DNA from: Pseudomonadota bacterium
GTDB lineage: Bacteria > Pseudomonadota > Gammaproteobacteria > Pseudomonadales > Pseudohongiellaceae
Length of the DNA: 64,000 nucleotides
Direction: 5' to 3'
Assembly (NCBI GenBank): GCA_040386995.1
Contig: JAZKES010000036.1
Span: 18,809-82,808, forward strand
Part shown: one piece after another, positions 42,269-53,080 of the stretch
How positions within the stretch are numbered: the stretch's first letter is position 1
How the letters are laid out: every line of letters begins with the position of its first letter
Position numbers and translations under genes: made by a program
Notes under the pieces: generated by a model
What the model was told of the DNA's origin: nothing
The model's database searches: none
Seen by the model: the letters and a program-made list of their open reading frames with translations, nothing else

Positions 42269-42775
42269 TCACATCGATGAAGTGACTGTGTCCAGGTTTT
42301 TCAGGCGAATATCGCTCTGCTGGCGTCCGTCGCGTTGGCAGCGTTCTTGCTGTTCGCGCGCAATCATTTCTATTTCCCGTTTCGATACCAGGTCGGCCAG
42401 CGTAATGTTGCTCAGGAACGCATGGATCTGGTCGCTGAGATCCTGCCACAAATGATGCGTCAAACAGGTTTCGCCTTGCTGGCAATCAGCCTTGCCTTTG
42501 CACTTGGTCGTATCCAGCGATTCATTTACTGCGTCAATAATTTCGGCAACATGAATGGTGCTATCGCTCCGACCCAGCCGATACCCGCCACCAGGGCCGC
42601 GCACACTACTCACGAGTTTGCGTTTGCGCAAGCGCGCGAACAGCTGTTCAAGATATGAAAGCGAAATATCCTGGCGACGTGAAATATCACTCAGATTCAC
42701 TGGCCCCGTGCTGGAATGGATACTCAAATCCAGCATGGCAGTTACTGCATAACGGCCTTTGGTAGTCAGACGCAT
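42269..42775 (-). CDS. iscR: Fe-S cluster assembly transcriptional regulator IscR (Rrf2 family)
   Basis: [18 protein letters not shown]-terminus and three Cys in the C-x5/6-C-x5-C region ([13 protein letters not shown]). Confidence 0.95.
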   Translation of the reverse strand: MRLTTKGRYAVTAMLDLSIHSSTGPVNLSDISRRQDISLSYLEQLFARLRKRKLVSSVRGPGGGYRLGRSDSTIHVAEIIDAVNESLDTTKCKGKADCQQGETCLTHHLWQDLSDQIHAFLSNITLADLVSKREIEMIAREQQERCQRDGRQQSDIRLKNLDTVTSSM

Positions 42776-42816
42776 GACACACTTTCACTCAACATTTTTA
42801 GTTGGCTAATTATGTT

Positions 42817-42841
42817 AAAACCTACTAAAAAGGTCAAGTAT
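42817..42841 (-). promoter_or_regulatory. Putative type-1 IscR operator upstream of iscR
   Basis: The minus strand reads ATACTTGACCTTTTTAGTAGGTTTT. This resembles the ATASYYGACTRwwwYAGTCRRSTAT type-1 consensus (ATA..GAC...AGT core) and lies about 45-65 nt upstream of the iscR start. Matched by eye only. Confidence 0.4.
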
Positions 42842-42858
42842 TTAACATACTAAATCTA

Positions 42859-43620
42859 TCAGGTATTAGATTTGCGCAAACCGTCTTCGGTTGCAGTAAG
42901 AATGCCACGTAAGATGTTGATTTCCATCTTGTCTGGTTGAATACGCTGATAAAGCCGACGCAGTCGGCGCATCAACTGGCGGGGGTTTTCAGGGTTATGA
43001 AAGTCCAGTCTGATAAGAACTTCCTCCAAATGACTGAGATAAAGGTCGAGCTCAGCCATGGTGGCGGGTTCCTTGTCCCATTCACTGGTTTTAATGAGCG
43101 GTTGATTAGCTTGATGCAGGGCAGATTTTCTTAATTCGTATGACAGCACCATCACTGCAGCAGCAAGATTGAGTGATGTGTAATCTGGATTAACAGGTAT
43201 ATTGACGTGGTAGTGACACAGGTGGAGCTCTTCATTCGACAAGCCGCTGATCTCCCTGCCAAATACAAGCGCTACTTTTTTCTCCGACATTTCACTGACA
43301 ATTTTTTCCGCACATGCCGGTGGATCGAGCAACGGTATCGGCATGTTTCGCAATCTTGCACTAGTCCCATATACAAGATGGCAATCAGCAATAGCTTCCT
43401 CCATGGTGTCCACGACGATTGCGTTGTCGAGTATGTCCAAAGCAGAGGCCGCCATGCTGATTGCCTCCTTCGCTGGCCATACTTTCGGCTGAACCAGCAC
43501 CAACTGTTCCAGGCCCATGTTCTTCATAGCGCGCGCTGCGCCCCCGATATTCCCCGGATGGGAAGTGGCAACCAGCACGATACGTATATTCTTGAAATTC
43601 ACGCTCTTTTCCCTACACAT
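42859..43620 (-). CDS. trmJ: tRNA (cytidine/uridine-2'-O-)-methyltransferase TrmJ
   Basis: SPOUT family. FKNIRIVLVATSHPGNIGGAARAMKNMG matches the TrmJ N-terminus. I prefer the start at ATG 43620 over the ORF-track start at 43698. Confidence 0.9.
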   Translation of the reverse strand: MCREKSVNFKNIRIVLVATSHPGNIGGAARAMKNMGLEQLVLVQPKVWPAKEAISMAASALDILDNAIVVDTMEEAIADCHLVYGTSARLRNMPIPLLDPPACAEKIVSEMSEKKVALVFGREISGLSNEELHLCHYHVNIPVNPDYTSLNLAAAVMVLSYELRKSALHQANQPLIKTSEWDKEPATMAELDLYLSHLEEVLIRLDFHNPENPRQLMRRLRRLYQRIQPDKMEINILRGILTATEDGLRKSNT

Positions 43621-43756
43621 TAATGTTGGTAATGGTAAACACACCTGAATGCATTTGCTATCATGCCGCCCTCGCGAAGCTCTTCGCGATGATCGCAAGA
43701 GAGTCCAATACCCGGCTCAGCAGCGAATATCTGGTAGTTCCGGGTTTTGAGGTTTT

Positions 43757-44536
43757 ATGCATCCCATTATCAACATAGCCTTGCGTGCTGCGCGTGAAGC
43801 CGCAACAGTGATGGTCCAGGCCCATGCACGTCCGGACAGAATCAAGGTTTTTGAAAAGGCTCCCAATGATTTTGTTACCGACATCGACCGCCAGGTTGAA
43901 GAGCTACTAATCCATCATTTGCGCAAATCTTATCCCGACCACAGTTTCCTGGGCGAAGAGTCGGGTCTGCAGGAAGGAAAAGACAAAGAAACTGTGTGGC
44001 TCATTGACCCTATCGATGGCACACGGAATTTCATCATGGGTTTTCCCCACTTCTGCATTTCGATGGCGTGTGTGCAACGCGGAAAAGTTCAGCATGCGCT
44101 GATCGTCGATCCAATCAAGAACGAAGAATTTACTGCAACTAAAGGCAGTGGCGCCCAGCTCAATGGCAACCGCATGAGAATCGGTAAACGCGCCAAACTC
44201 GAAGGTGGGGTCATCAGCTTGAGCTGTGCCGGACACCGCAACTACGAATTACTGCTTACATTGCAGGCCAGGCTTAGAGGTGTAGCCGGGTCATTGCGAT
44301 TTACCGGATCTACAGCTCTCGATATGGCCTATGTGGCAGCTGGACGACTTGATGCGGGCTGGACTTCGGGAGTTAACCCGTGGGATACGGCGGCAGGTCT
44401 TTTACTTGTTCAGGAAGCTGGCGGACTAGCGAGCGATGAAGCTGGAAATCCGGATTGCCTCGACAGCAAAACGCTGGTATTTGGCAATCCCAAATGTTTC
44501 AAATCGCTACTCAAACTCGCATCGGGCCTTGAGTAG
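43757..44536 (+). CDS. suhB: Inositol monophosphatase family protein SuhB
   Basis: 259 aa with the WLIDPIDGTRNF and WDTAAG motifs. Confidence 0.92.
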   Translation: MHPIINIALRAAREAATVMVQAHARPDRIKVFEKAPNDFVTDIDRQVEELLIHHLRKSYPDHSFLGEESGLQEGKDKETVWLIDPIDGTRNFIMGFPHFCISMACVQRGKVQHALIVDPIKNEEFTATKGSGAQLNGNRMRIGKRAKLEGGVISLSCAGHRNYELLLTLQARLRGVAGSLRFTGSTALDMAYVAAGRLDAGWTSGVNPWDTAAGLLLVQEAGGLASDEAGNPDCLDSKTLVFGNPKCFKSLLKLASGLE

Positions 44537-44559
44537 CTCCTTGCTTGAGTAGCTCCTTG
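44528..44559. repeat. Perfect 16-bp tandem duplication spanning the suhB stop codon
   Basis: CTTGAGTAGCTCCTTG at 44528-44543 is repeated exactly at 44544-44559. Confidence 0.95.
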
Positions 44560-44569
44560 AATAGTTCGA

Positions 44570-45517
44570 TCAGGGAATAGCATCAAGCTCAGAGGTGTCT
44601 TTGGTCGGTGGCATCATGTCTTCTTTCGACAGATTCATGAATATCAGCGTCGAAGATGCCACATAGATGGATGAATAAGTTCCGACCAGAACACCCACGA
44701 TAAGAATCAACGAAAAGCCGTAAAGCACCTGGCCACCAAAAAAGAATAGCGCAAACAGTACGAGCAGCGTGGTCACCGCCGTGATCGTGGTGCGGATCAG
44801 CGTTTGGCTCACAGCAATGTCGACAATTTCTTCCGGCCCGGTCCCGCGCAGTATCCTGAAATTTTCTCTTATTCGATCGGCAACAACCACGGTATCGTTA
44901 AGTGAATAACCAATGATCGCGAGGATGGATGCCAAGATATTCAGATCGAAATCCAGTTGCGTAACGGCCAGGAATCCCAAGGTGATAATGACGTCATGTA
45001 CCACTGACAGAACTGCTCCCACCGAAAACTTGTACTGAAACCTCACTCCGATATAAATCATCAGCATGACTGTAGCGACGAGCATTCCGAAGCCACCCTG
45101 CTCTTTCAATTCGTCGCCTACCTGAGCTCCCACGAATGCACTGCTTGCGAGGTTCACTTCACTGTCGGATGCTGCTTTCAGTATTTCTTCAACCCTGATC
45201 GCAGTTGCTCCGGACTCAGAATCTGCGTCTCCACCACCAGCACCGTCCTGGATCCTGATAACTACACTTCCCTCAGTACCCAGCGAAGCCACTTCATTAT
45301 TGGGAAAGCCGGAGTCAGCGAGTGTTTGGCGAATCTTGTCCAGGTCAGGTGGACTCGCATAACGCATTTCGACCTGCGTGCCACCGGTGAAGTCCAGCGC
45401 ATAATTCAGTCCGTTGACGGCAAGAGCCACCAGCGAAGCCAGCACCAGAACAATGGAAAACACCGCACCGATCTTACGGTACCGCATGAACGGAATGGTG
45501 ATGGTTAAATCTTTCAC
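44570..45517 (-). CDS. secF: Protein translocase subunit SecF
   Basis: 315 aa with six TM segments. It lies directly downstream of secD. Confidence 0.95.
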   Translation of the reverse strand: MKDLTITIPFMRYRKIGAVFSIVLVLASLVALAVNGLNYALDFTGGTQVEMRYASPPDLDKIRQTLADSGFPNNEVASLGTEGSVVIRIQDGAGGGDADSESGATAIRVEEILKAASDSEVNLASSAFVGAQVGDELKEQGGFGMLVATVMLMIYIGVRFQYKFSVGAVLSVVHDVIITLGFLAVTQLDFDLNILASILAIIGYSLNDTVVVADRIRENFRILRGTGPEEIVDIAVSQTLIRTTITAVTTLLVLFALFFFGGQVLYGFSLILIVGVLVGTYSSIYVASSTLIFMNLSKEDMMPPTKDTSELDAIP

Positions 45518-45536
45518 TTTAATTCTCCGCTCGGAA

Positions 45537-47411
45537 TCAGGCTGTTTCCGGCATTTTCATGCCGATGGAAATAAATCTCACGTTCTTGCCGCCATACAAC
45601 CAGTTAACCAGCGCTCGTGAAATCCAGATTGCGGTCATCATGGATGTCACCACACCGACTGCGGTTGTGATAGCAAAACCCTTGATCGGCCCGGTACCAA
45701 TTGAATACAGGATCACGGCCACAAGCAGCGCCGTAAGGTTGGAATCGAGAATGGTGACAAACGCCTTGTCGTAACCAACATCAATGGCGCGAGCAACAGT
45801 CATGCCCTGCATGAGCTCATCACGAATACGCGCATAAATCAGTACGTTTGCATCCACCGCCATACCCAGCGTCAACACGATACCGGCAATACCTGGCATC
45901 GTCAGAGTCGCGCCGAGAATCGACATGAAAGCCATCATCATCAACACGTTTACAAACAACGCTACATTGGCGATGAGGCCACATATCCGATAGAGCAGAA
46001 CCATGAAAACCACAATCAGCGCCATACCAACCAACACAGAATTTACGCCGTTTTCAATGTTTTCCTGCCCAAGGCTTGGACCAACGGTGCTTTCTTCCAT
46101 AAAGTACATGGGAGCAGCAAGTGCGCCTGAACGAATCATCAACGCAAGATCGTTTGCTTCGTTGGACTCAAGCCCGGTAATCCGGAACTCGCGACCGAGC
46201 GCGCTCTGAATGGTTGCAACACTAATAAGTCTTTCTTCGGCAAAAGGCACAGAAGTGGTGATCAGTTGACCATCAGGGCCAGCAACTGTCTCGCTGCGTG
46301 TCTTGGTTTCACTGAGCAGGATAGCCATCGGTTTGCCGATGTTTACGCGTGTTACCTCATTGATACGCTGAGCGCCGACAGCATCCAGCCTGATGTTCAC
46401 CTGAGGCAACGTCGTCTGCGGATCTATCGAGGTCTGGGCGCCAGTAACACTCTCACCACCCACGATGACTTCTTCGTTTATTTTGTAGGGCAAGCCGTCG
46501 TTTTCATACACGTATTCACGTGTAGTTCCTTGCGCCGCTCCCGGATCAGCCACCAAATGAAATTGCAGTGTTGCTACTGCACTGATCATGTCTTTTGCGC
46601 GAGTCGTATCCTGCACACCAGGTAGCTCGATGAGAATTCTGTTCGGACCCATCTGCTGGATTTTTGGCTCTTTCACGCCAAGTTCATTTATTCTGGAACG
46701 CAATGTGGTGAGGTTTTGTTGAAGCGCTGTTGTCTGCAGGGCCTGCAGGCTCACCTCTGGCATTGAGTAATAGAGCATGAAGTCCTGCCCTTCCTGGGCA
46801 GAACGGGAAACCAGATCCTGGAAGTCTTTCTGAATTAATTCGTTGGCTTTAGTTCTGTTTTCAGCATCACTGAAGCGAATCACGAGACGATTGGTATCAT
46901 CAACAATAATGGGAGGACGGTAACGAATGCGCTCTTCTCGAAGCATGGTGCGCATGGATGCAATCGAATCGTTCAATTGTTTTGATACAGCAGCCTCAAG
47001 GTCGACCTCCATGAGGAAATGCACGCCTCCCTGTAGATCCAGTCCGTAGTTCATCGGCTCCGCGCCTATTGCTTCGAGCCAGGCTGGCGTATTCGCAGCG
47101 AGGTTAAGCGCGACAATATAGTCCTGTGGCAAAGTCAGGTTGATGAGCTGTTGTGCACGCCCCTGATCATTCTGTTCAAGCAAGCGTATTAGCGCTATGC
47201 CGTCTTCGATCTCAGCTCTGGAAAACGGGATGCCATCTTTCTCAAGCGCCTGCGTGGCCGAATCAAGTGCGCCCTGATCAACGGTACCGCTTTCATGGGA
47301 GATCTGGATCGCAGGATCGGATTTATAGAAGTTGGGAGCCGCATAAACTGCTGACAGGATAACCATCAGCAGGATCAACAGATTTTTCCAGACCGGAAAT
47401 TTATTGAGCAT
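45537..47411 (-). CDS. secD: Protein translocase subunit SecD
   Basis: 624 aa with a large periplasmic P1 domain and an RND-like TM bundle. Confidence 0.95.
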   Translation of the reverse strand: MLNKFPVWKNLLILLMVILSAVYAAPNFYKSDPAIQISHESGTVDQGALDSATQALEKDGIPFSRAEIEDGIALIRLLEQNDQGRAQQLINLTLPQDYIVALNLAANTPAWLEAIGAEPMNYGLDLQGGVHFLMEVDLEAAVSKQLNDSIASMRTMLREERIRYRPPIIVDDTNRLVIRFSDAENRTKANELIQKDFQDLVSRSAQEGQDFMLYYSMPEVSLQALQTTALQQNLTTLRSRINELGVKEPKIQQMGPNRILIELPGVQDTTRAKDMISAVATLQFHLVADPGAAQGTTREYVYENDGLPYKINEEVIVGGESVTGAQTSIDPQTTLPQVNIRLDAVGAQRINEVTRVNIGKPMAILLSETKTRSETVAGPDGQLITTSVPFAEERLISVATIQSALGREFRITGLESNEANDLALMIRSGALAAPMYFMEESTVGPSLGQENIENGVNSVLVGMALIVVFMVLLYRICGLIANVALFVNVLMMMAFMSILGATLTMPGIAGIVLTLGMAVDANVLIYARIRDELMQGMTVARAIDVGYDKAFVTILDSNLTALLVAVILYSIGTGPIKGFAITTAVGVVTSMMTAIWISRALVNWLYGGKNVRFISIGMKMPETA

Positions 47412-47429
47412 TTAGATATACCAGTGCTG

Positions 47430-47777
47430 TCAGATGGATTTAATGGTGCCTTTGGGCAATACAGCAGCAACGGCGGTCTTCTGCATTTTTAACTCAACAT
47501 TGTCCGCCACTTGCAGAGCAACGTAATGGTCATCAACACGAGTGATTTTGCCGAGCATACCGCTGGTGGTCAGAATTTCGTCACCCTTGGCGAGACTGTC
47601 TACCAGCGATTTCAGTTCTTTTGCACGCTTGGACTGCGGGCGCCAGATCAGGAAATAAAAGATCAAACCAAAGCCAACGATTGGCAGCATGTTGAACAAC
47701 GCGGACGAAGACGAGCTGGGTGCCGCTGCTGCTGCATCAGCAGCTTGTGCAAGTGCCGAACTGATAAAAAAACTCAT
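47430..47777 (-). CDS. yajC: Preprotein translocase subunit YajC
   Basis: 115 aa with a single TM segment. Motif RPQSKRAKE and the conserved C-terminal domain are present. Confidence 0.93.
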   Translation of the reverse strand: MSFFISSALAQAADAAAAAPSSSSSALFNMLPIVGFGLIFYFLIWRPQSKRAKELKSLVDSLAKGDEILTTSGMLGKITRVDDHYVALQVADNVELKMQKTAVAAVLPKGTIKSI

Positions 47778-47810
47778 GAGATTACCTGTTATGAATGGAA
47801 ATGAGGGGGG

Positions 47811-48932
<1,122 letters not shown>

Positions 48933-48949
48933 TTAAGTTTCCAGGCCTT

Positions 48950-48983
48950 AAAAAAAGCAGGGGCGATTCATAATCGCCCCTGC
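48950..48983 (-). terminator. Rho-independent terminator of mdh
   Basis: A 12-bp stem (GCAGGGGCGATT at 48957-48968 and AATCGCCCCTGC at 48972-48983) with loop CAT, followed on the minus strand by seven U (A-run 48950-48956). It ends only 27 nt upstream of the tgt start. Confidence 0.85.
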
Positions 48984-49044
48984 TAGTACGTGTGCTGCCA
49001 CGCTCCCATCCTTCATTCTGTTAATCTGAAAGACGGGCTGCGTT

Positions 49045-50022
49045 TTATGGCAATAAGTGATTAACCGCAGCTCTCTCTTCGCTGAGTTCTTTTTCGGTTT
49101 TCTGCATCAAATCACGGCTGAAATCGCTGATTGGCAGACCTTGGACGATGCTGTATTTGCCGTCCGCACAGGTAACCGGAAACGAATAAACAAGTCCTTC
49201 TGAAATACCATAGCTGCCATCACTGGGTATTGCCATGCTGACGATTTTGCCATTGGTTCCCAGAGCCCAATCACGTATATGTTCAATAGCAGCATTGGCC
49301 GCTGATGCCGCACTGGAGAGGCCGCGTGCTTTGATGATTGCAGCGCCGCGTTGCTGAACAACAGGAATGAAATCTTTAGTCATCCACTCGGTATCTACGA
49401 GTTGCGTCGCAGCAGTACCAGCCACTTTGCAATGATGGATATCAGGATATTGGGTCGAAGAATGGTTACCCCAGATGATCATGCCGCTGACATCTGTAGT
49501 GTGTTTGCCGGTTTTTGCAGCCAATTGTGCGAGCGCGCGGTTATGGTCAAGGCGAGTCATCGCGGTGAACTGGCCCGGCTTGAGTGATGGAGCATTGCGA
49601 TATGCAATAAGTGCATTGGTATTGGCTGGATTACCAACAACGATAACCTTCACATTGCGACTTGCATGATCATTGATCGCTTTGCCCTGTACCGAGAATA
49701 TCTGCGCATTTGCTTCGAGCAGATCCTTGCGTTCCATACCCGGACCACGCGGTCTTGCACCTACCAACAAACAATAGTCAGCGTCCTTGAATGCAACATT
49801 CGGGTTATCGGATTGCACGATGCCATGCACCAATGGGAAAGCGCAGTCTTCGATTTCCATAGCAACGCCCTTGAGGGCTTCCAGCGCCGGAGTAATCTCC
49901 AGCAATTGAAGGATAACTGGCTGATCCTTGCCCAACATGTCACCCGCAGCAATTCTGAATAATAAAGAGTAGCTGATTTGGCCGGCTGCTCCGGTGACGG
50001 TAACCCTTACTGGTGCTTTCAT
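49045..50022 (-). CDS. mdh: Malate dehydrogenase (LDH-unlike, cytoplasmic-type clade)
   Basis: About 325 aa from [26 protein letters not shown] prefer ATG 50022 over the TTG at 50100. Confidence 0.93.
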   Translation of the reverse strand: MKAPVRVTVTGAAGQISYSLLFRIAAGDMLGKDQPVILQLLEITPALEALKGVAMEIEDCAFPLVHGIVQSDNPNVAFKDADYCLLVGARPRGPGMERKDLLEANAQIFSVQGKAINDHASRNVKVIVVGNPANTNALIAYRNAPSLKPGQFTAMTRLDHNRALAQLAAKTGKHTTDVSGMIIWGNHSSTQYPDIHHCKVAGTAATQLVDTEWMTKDFIPVVQQRGAAIIKARGLSSAASAANAAIEHIRDWALGTNGKIVSMAIPSDGSYGISEGLVYSFPVTCADGKYSIVQGLPISDFSRDLMQKTEKELSEERAAVNHLLP

Positions 50023-50267
50023 GTTTGCTTCCTGTGTATTGGTAAGAAAATACGGAAAAAATAAGAAGATTGTCAGCCTGTGCTGCCTTGGCAGCTTCAA
50101 ACGGGGCGCGATTATAACAAAGAAAACCGGGAGGTGGCGGGCGATGAACAGATTTGCGCCACGCGATTAAAACCGATTTAGCCACCGCTTTTCGACCTAA
50201 CTTAGCGGCTGACCACGCCCGGTGATTTTGTTATGCTCCTCGCACTTAATTCCAGAGCTGTGAGTAC

Positions 50268-51680
50268 ATGAGAAAAACTAAAATCATCTGCACCCTTGGA
50301 CCCGCCACAAGTACATACGAAATGATCGAAAAAATGCATGAAACCGGCATGAACATCATCCGGCTTAACATGTCGCATGCTACACAGGCCTGGGCATTAC
50401 GCATGATCGAACATGTCGTCGAACTGAATAAACATTCCACTTTCCCGGTCGGCATCCTGCTCGACACACAAGGGCCGGAAATCAGAACAGGTGTGCGCGA
50501 GAGCGATCTTGATCTCAAGGCCGGCGACGAGATTTCAATCACCGTGCGCGACGGCGTGAGCGTGGAAGAATCTTCCATCAGAATTCACTACGAAGAATTG
50601 CTGGATACCGTCAACGTCGGTGACAAGATCACGGTCGACAACGGCCTGATCAATCTAGAAGTGCTGGAAAAAAATAATAATCTGATGCGCTGCAAGGTCC
50701 TCGACGGAGGCAAGCTGGGTAGCAAAAAACACGTAAATTTGCCGGGAATTCGCGTAAATCTGCCTGCTATCACCCAGAAGGATCGCGAAGATATCCTGTT
50801 CGGTCTCGAGCACGAACTCGACTACATCGCGCTCTCGTTTGTACGCGAAGCCGATGACGTCCTTCAGTTACGTCAATTGATCCTGGATAACAAACCCGAA
50901 AAAGCATCAACGATTAAAATCATTGCGAAGATTGAAGACCAGCAAGGTGTAAACAATCTTGAAGAAATTATCAAAGTAGCGGATGGCATCATGGTAGCCC
51001 GTGGTGACCTGGGCGTAGAGATCGACCTGGCAGAACTACCTAACACGCAGCGCAGGATAGTGCGTCTGTGCGCCGAATACGGAAAACGTGTAATCGTTGC
51101 CACTCACTTGCTCGAATCGATGATTGAAAATCCAATACCTACCCGCGCAGAAGTCACCGACGTGGCAAATGCCGTGTATGAAGAAGCCGACGCCATCATG
51201 TTGTCGGGTGAAACGACTGTAGGCAAACATCCACTTCGTTGCATCAAGTACCTGGACTCCATCACCCGCGCAACTGAAGTTAAAAAAGGCCTCGGCTTTA
51301 CCCAGAACCTTATCAAGAACACCGACAAGGAACATCTGGCGGCTACAGCTGTGGAACTCGCAGAATCACTTTCAGCAAAAGCGATTGTGGTCGTAACACG
51401 TCATGGCATCATGGCTAACTTCGTTACCAACTGTCATCCGCAGCGTTCACCCATTTTCGCGTTTACCAATATCGGTGTTACGCGCCGCATCATGACGATG
51501 AATCGATACGTGTTTCCATTCAAGATTGAGTTCAGCAAGGATCCCGAAGAAACACTCGCGAGAGCTTTCAACGAACTCAAACTTAAAGTGGGCTTTATGA
51601 CGGGTGACAAAGTCGTCGTTATTTCCGATTTGCTTATCGACCAGGATACCGTCGGTATCCAGATTCGATATTTACCCTGA
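50268..51680 (+). CDS. pyk: Pyruvate kinase
   Basis: 470 aa with MRKTKIICTLGPA, MVARGDLGVEI and related motifs. Confidence 0.95.
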   Translation: MRKTKIICTLGPATSTYEMIEKMHETGMNIIRLNMSHATQAWALRMIEHVVELNKHSTFPVGILLDTQGPEIRTGVRESDLDLKAGDEISITVRDGVSVEESSIRIHYEELLDTVNVGDKITVDNGLINLEVLEKNNNLMRCKVLDGGKLGSKKHVNLPGIRVNLPAITQKDREDILFGLEHELDYIALSFVREADDVLQLRQLILDNKPEKASTIKIIAKIEDQQGVNNLEEIIKVADGIMVARGDLGVEIDLAELPNTQRRIVRLCAEYGKRVIVATHLLESMIENPIPTRAEVTDVANAVYEEADAIMLSGETTVGKHPLRCIKYLDSITRATEVKKGLGFTQNLIKNTDKEHLAATAVELAESLSAKAIVVVTRHGIMANFVTNCHPQRSPIFAFTNIGVTRRIMTMNRYVFPFKIEFSKDPEETLARAFNELKLKVGFMTGDKVVVISDLLIDQDTVGIQIRYLP

Positions 51681-51740
51681 TAACTTGTTAGCCGAGAACC
51701 TCTTGGCCGATAACTACTGGCGCATCGATCAATCGATGCG

Positions 51741-52772
51741 TCAGCTGATGAACATCGCATCCCCATAGCTAAAAAAGCGGTATTTTTCGCCGACTGCACT
51801 GTTGTAGGCGGCAAGAATATTGTCCCGACTGCTGAATGCACTGACCAGCATGAGCAGTGTGGATTCGGGCAAATGGAAATTAGTCAGTAACGCATCCACC
51901 ACATTAAATTTATATCCGGGATAAATAAAAATTCGCGTTTCCCCCTGATATGACTTCAGCTCGCCACTCTGACTCGCGGTTTCCAGGCAACGAACTGTAG
52001 TGGTTCCTATAGCAATCACTTTTCCACCGCGCACCTTGCAAGCGCGCACCTGATCACAGACTGATTGCGAGACTTCTACATATTCAGCATGCATCTGATG
52101 GTCTGCGATGTTCTGCACTCTGATCGGTTGAAAAGTCCCGGCACCCACATGTAGCGTGACCGTCGCTAACGCAACTCCGTTGGCCTTGATCAAGTCGAGC
52201 ATATTCTGATCAAAATGCAGTCCAGCCGTAGGAGCCGCCACCGCGCCTTGCCGCTCGGCATATACAGTCTGGTAACGTTCTCGATCTGAATTTTCTGCCT
52301 GACGTTTGATGTAGGGTGGTAATGGCATCGTACCGATACGTTCGAACAGCCCCATCAAATTAATGCTGGTATCAAACTGCAGGTGGAAAAACTCCCCTTC
52401 CCTCCCCATCATGACGGCCGGAAATCGCGATCCGTCATCGTCGGTGAACCATAATTTGCTGCCTAAATTCAGGCCTTTTCCACCACGAATCTGTGCGAGC
52501 ACAGCATTTTCAGGCCTGACTCTTTCGAGCAGAACTTCAACCTTTCCACCTGTATCCTTATGAGCCGCGAGACGCGCCGGAATCACTTTCGAATTGTTGA
52601 AAACGAGAAGATCTCCAGCCTTGAGCAGGATCGGAAAATCCACAAAATTGCGATGATCCAGCTTACCGCTAACGCGATCCATGCACAGGAGACGGCTATC
52701 AGTCCGATGCGTCGGAGGGTAGTGCGCAATGAGTTCATCGGGCAGGTCGAAATGGAAATCGTGAATGTTCAT
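51741..52772 (-). CDS. queA: S-adenosylmethionine:tRNA ribosyltransferase-isomerase
   Basis: 343 aa. F(D/H)FDLPDELIA N-terminus and the GTT(T/S)VR motif. Confidence 0.95.
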   Translation of the reverse strand: MNIHDFHFDLPDELIAHYPPTHRTDSRLLCMDRVSGKLDHRNFVDFPILLKAGDLLVFNNSKVIPARLAAHKDTGGKVEVLLERVRPENAVLAQIRGGKGLNLGSKLWFTDDDGSRFPAVMMGREGEFFHLQFDTSINLMGLFERIGTMPLPPYIKRQAENSDRERYQTVYAERQGAVAAPTAGLHFDQNMLDLIKANGVALATVTLHVGAGTFQPIRVQNIADHQMHAEYVEVSQSVCDQVRACKVRGGKVIAIGTTTVRCLETASQSGELKSYQGETRIFIYPGYKFNVVDALLTNFHLPESTLLMLVSAFSSRDNILAAYNSAVGEKYRFFSYGDAMFIS

Positions 52773-52874
52773 AGAGTACTTGCGTAAAAAAATCGCAAGG
52801 TTACCGAAAACAGCAACTCAGGCATAGGCAGCCCAGCAGGTCGCTGTTATAATCTCCTTTCTTTCTTCCTCCCT

Positions 52875-52960
52875 GCCGGAGTGGTGAAATGGTAGACACG
52901 TCGGACTCAAAATCCGATGCTAGCGATAGTGTGCCGGTTCAAGTCCGGCCTCCGGTACCA
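52875..52960 (+). tRNA. tRNA-Leu (anticodon CAA)
   Basis: An 86-nt class II tRNA. Acceptor stem GCCGGAG/CTCCGGT (G1:U72), anticodon stem TCGGA/TCCGA with loop CTCAAAA, a long variable arm, T-arm GGTTCAAGTCC, and an encoded CCA. It is close to E. coli leuX in layout. Confidence 0.9.
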
Positions 52961-53080
52961 GTACTTCCTTCTTTATTTTTTTCCCCGCTGCGCAACCTCT
53001 AAAGTCGCAGATTAATATTTGTTAAAACGCCCATCTTTCTGCTAATTTTTGCCTTCCGATGCCAAATCTGAAGGTGAGTT

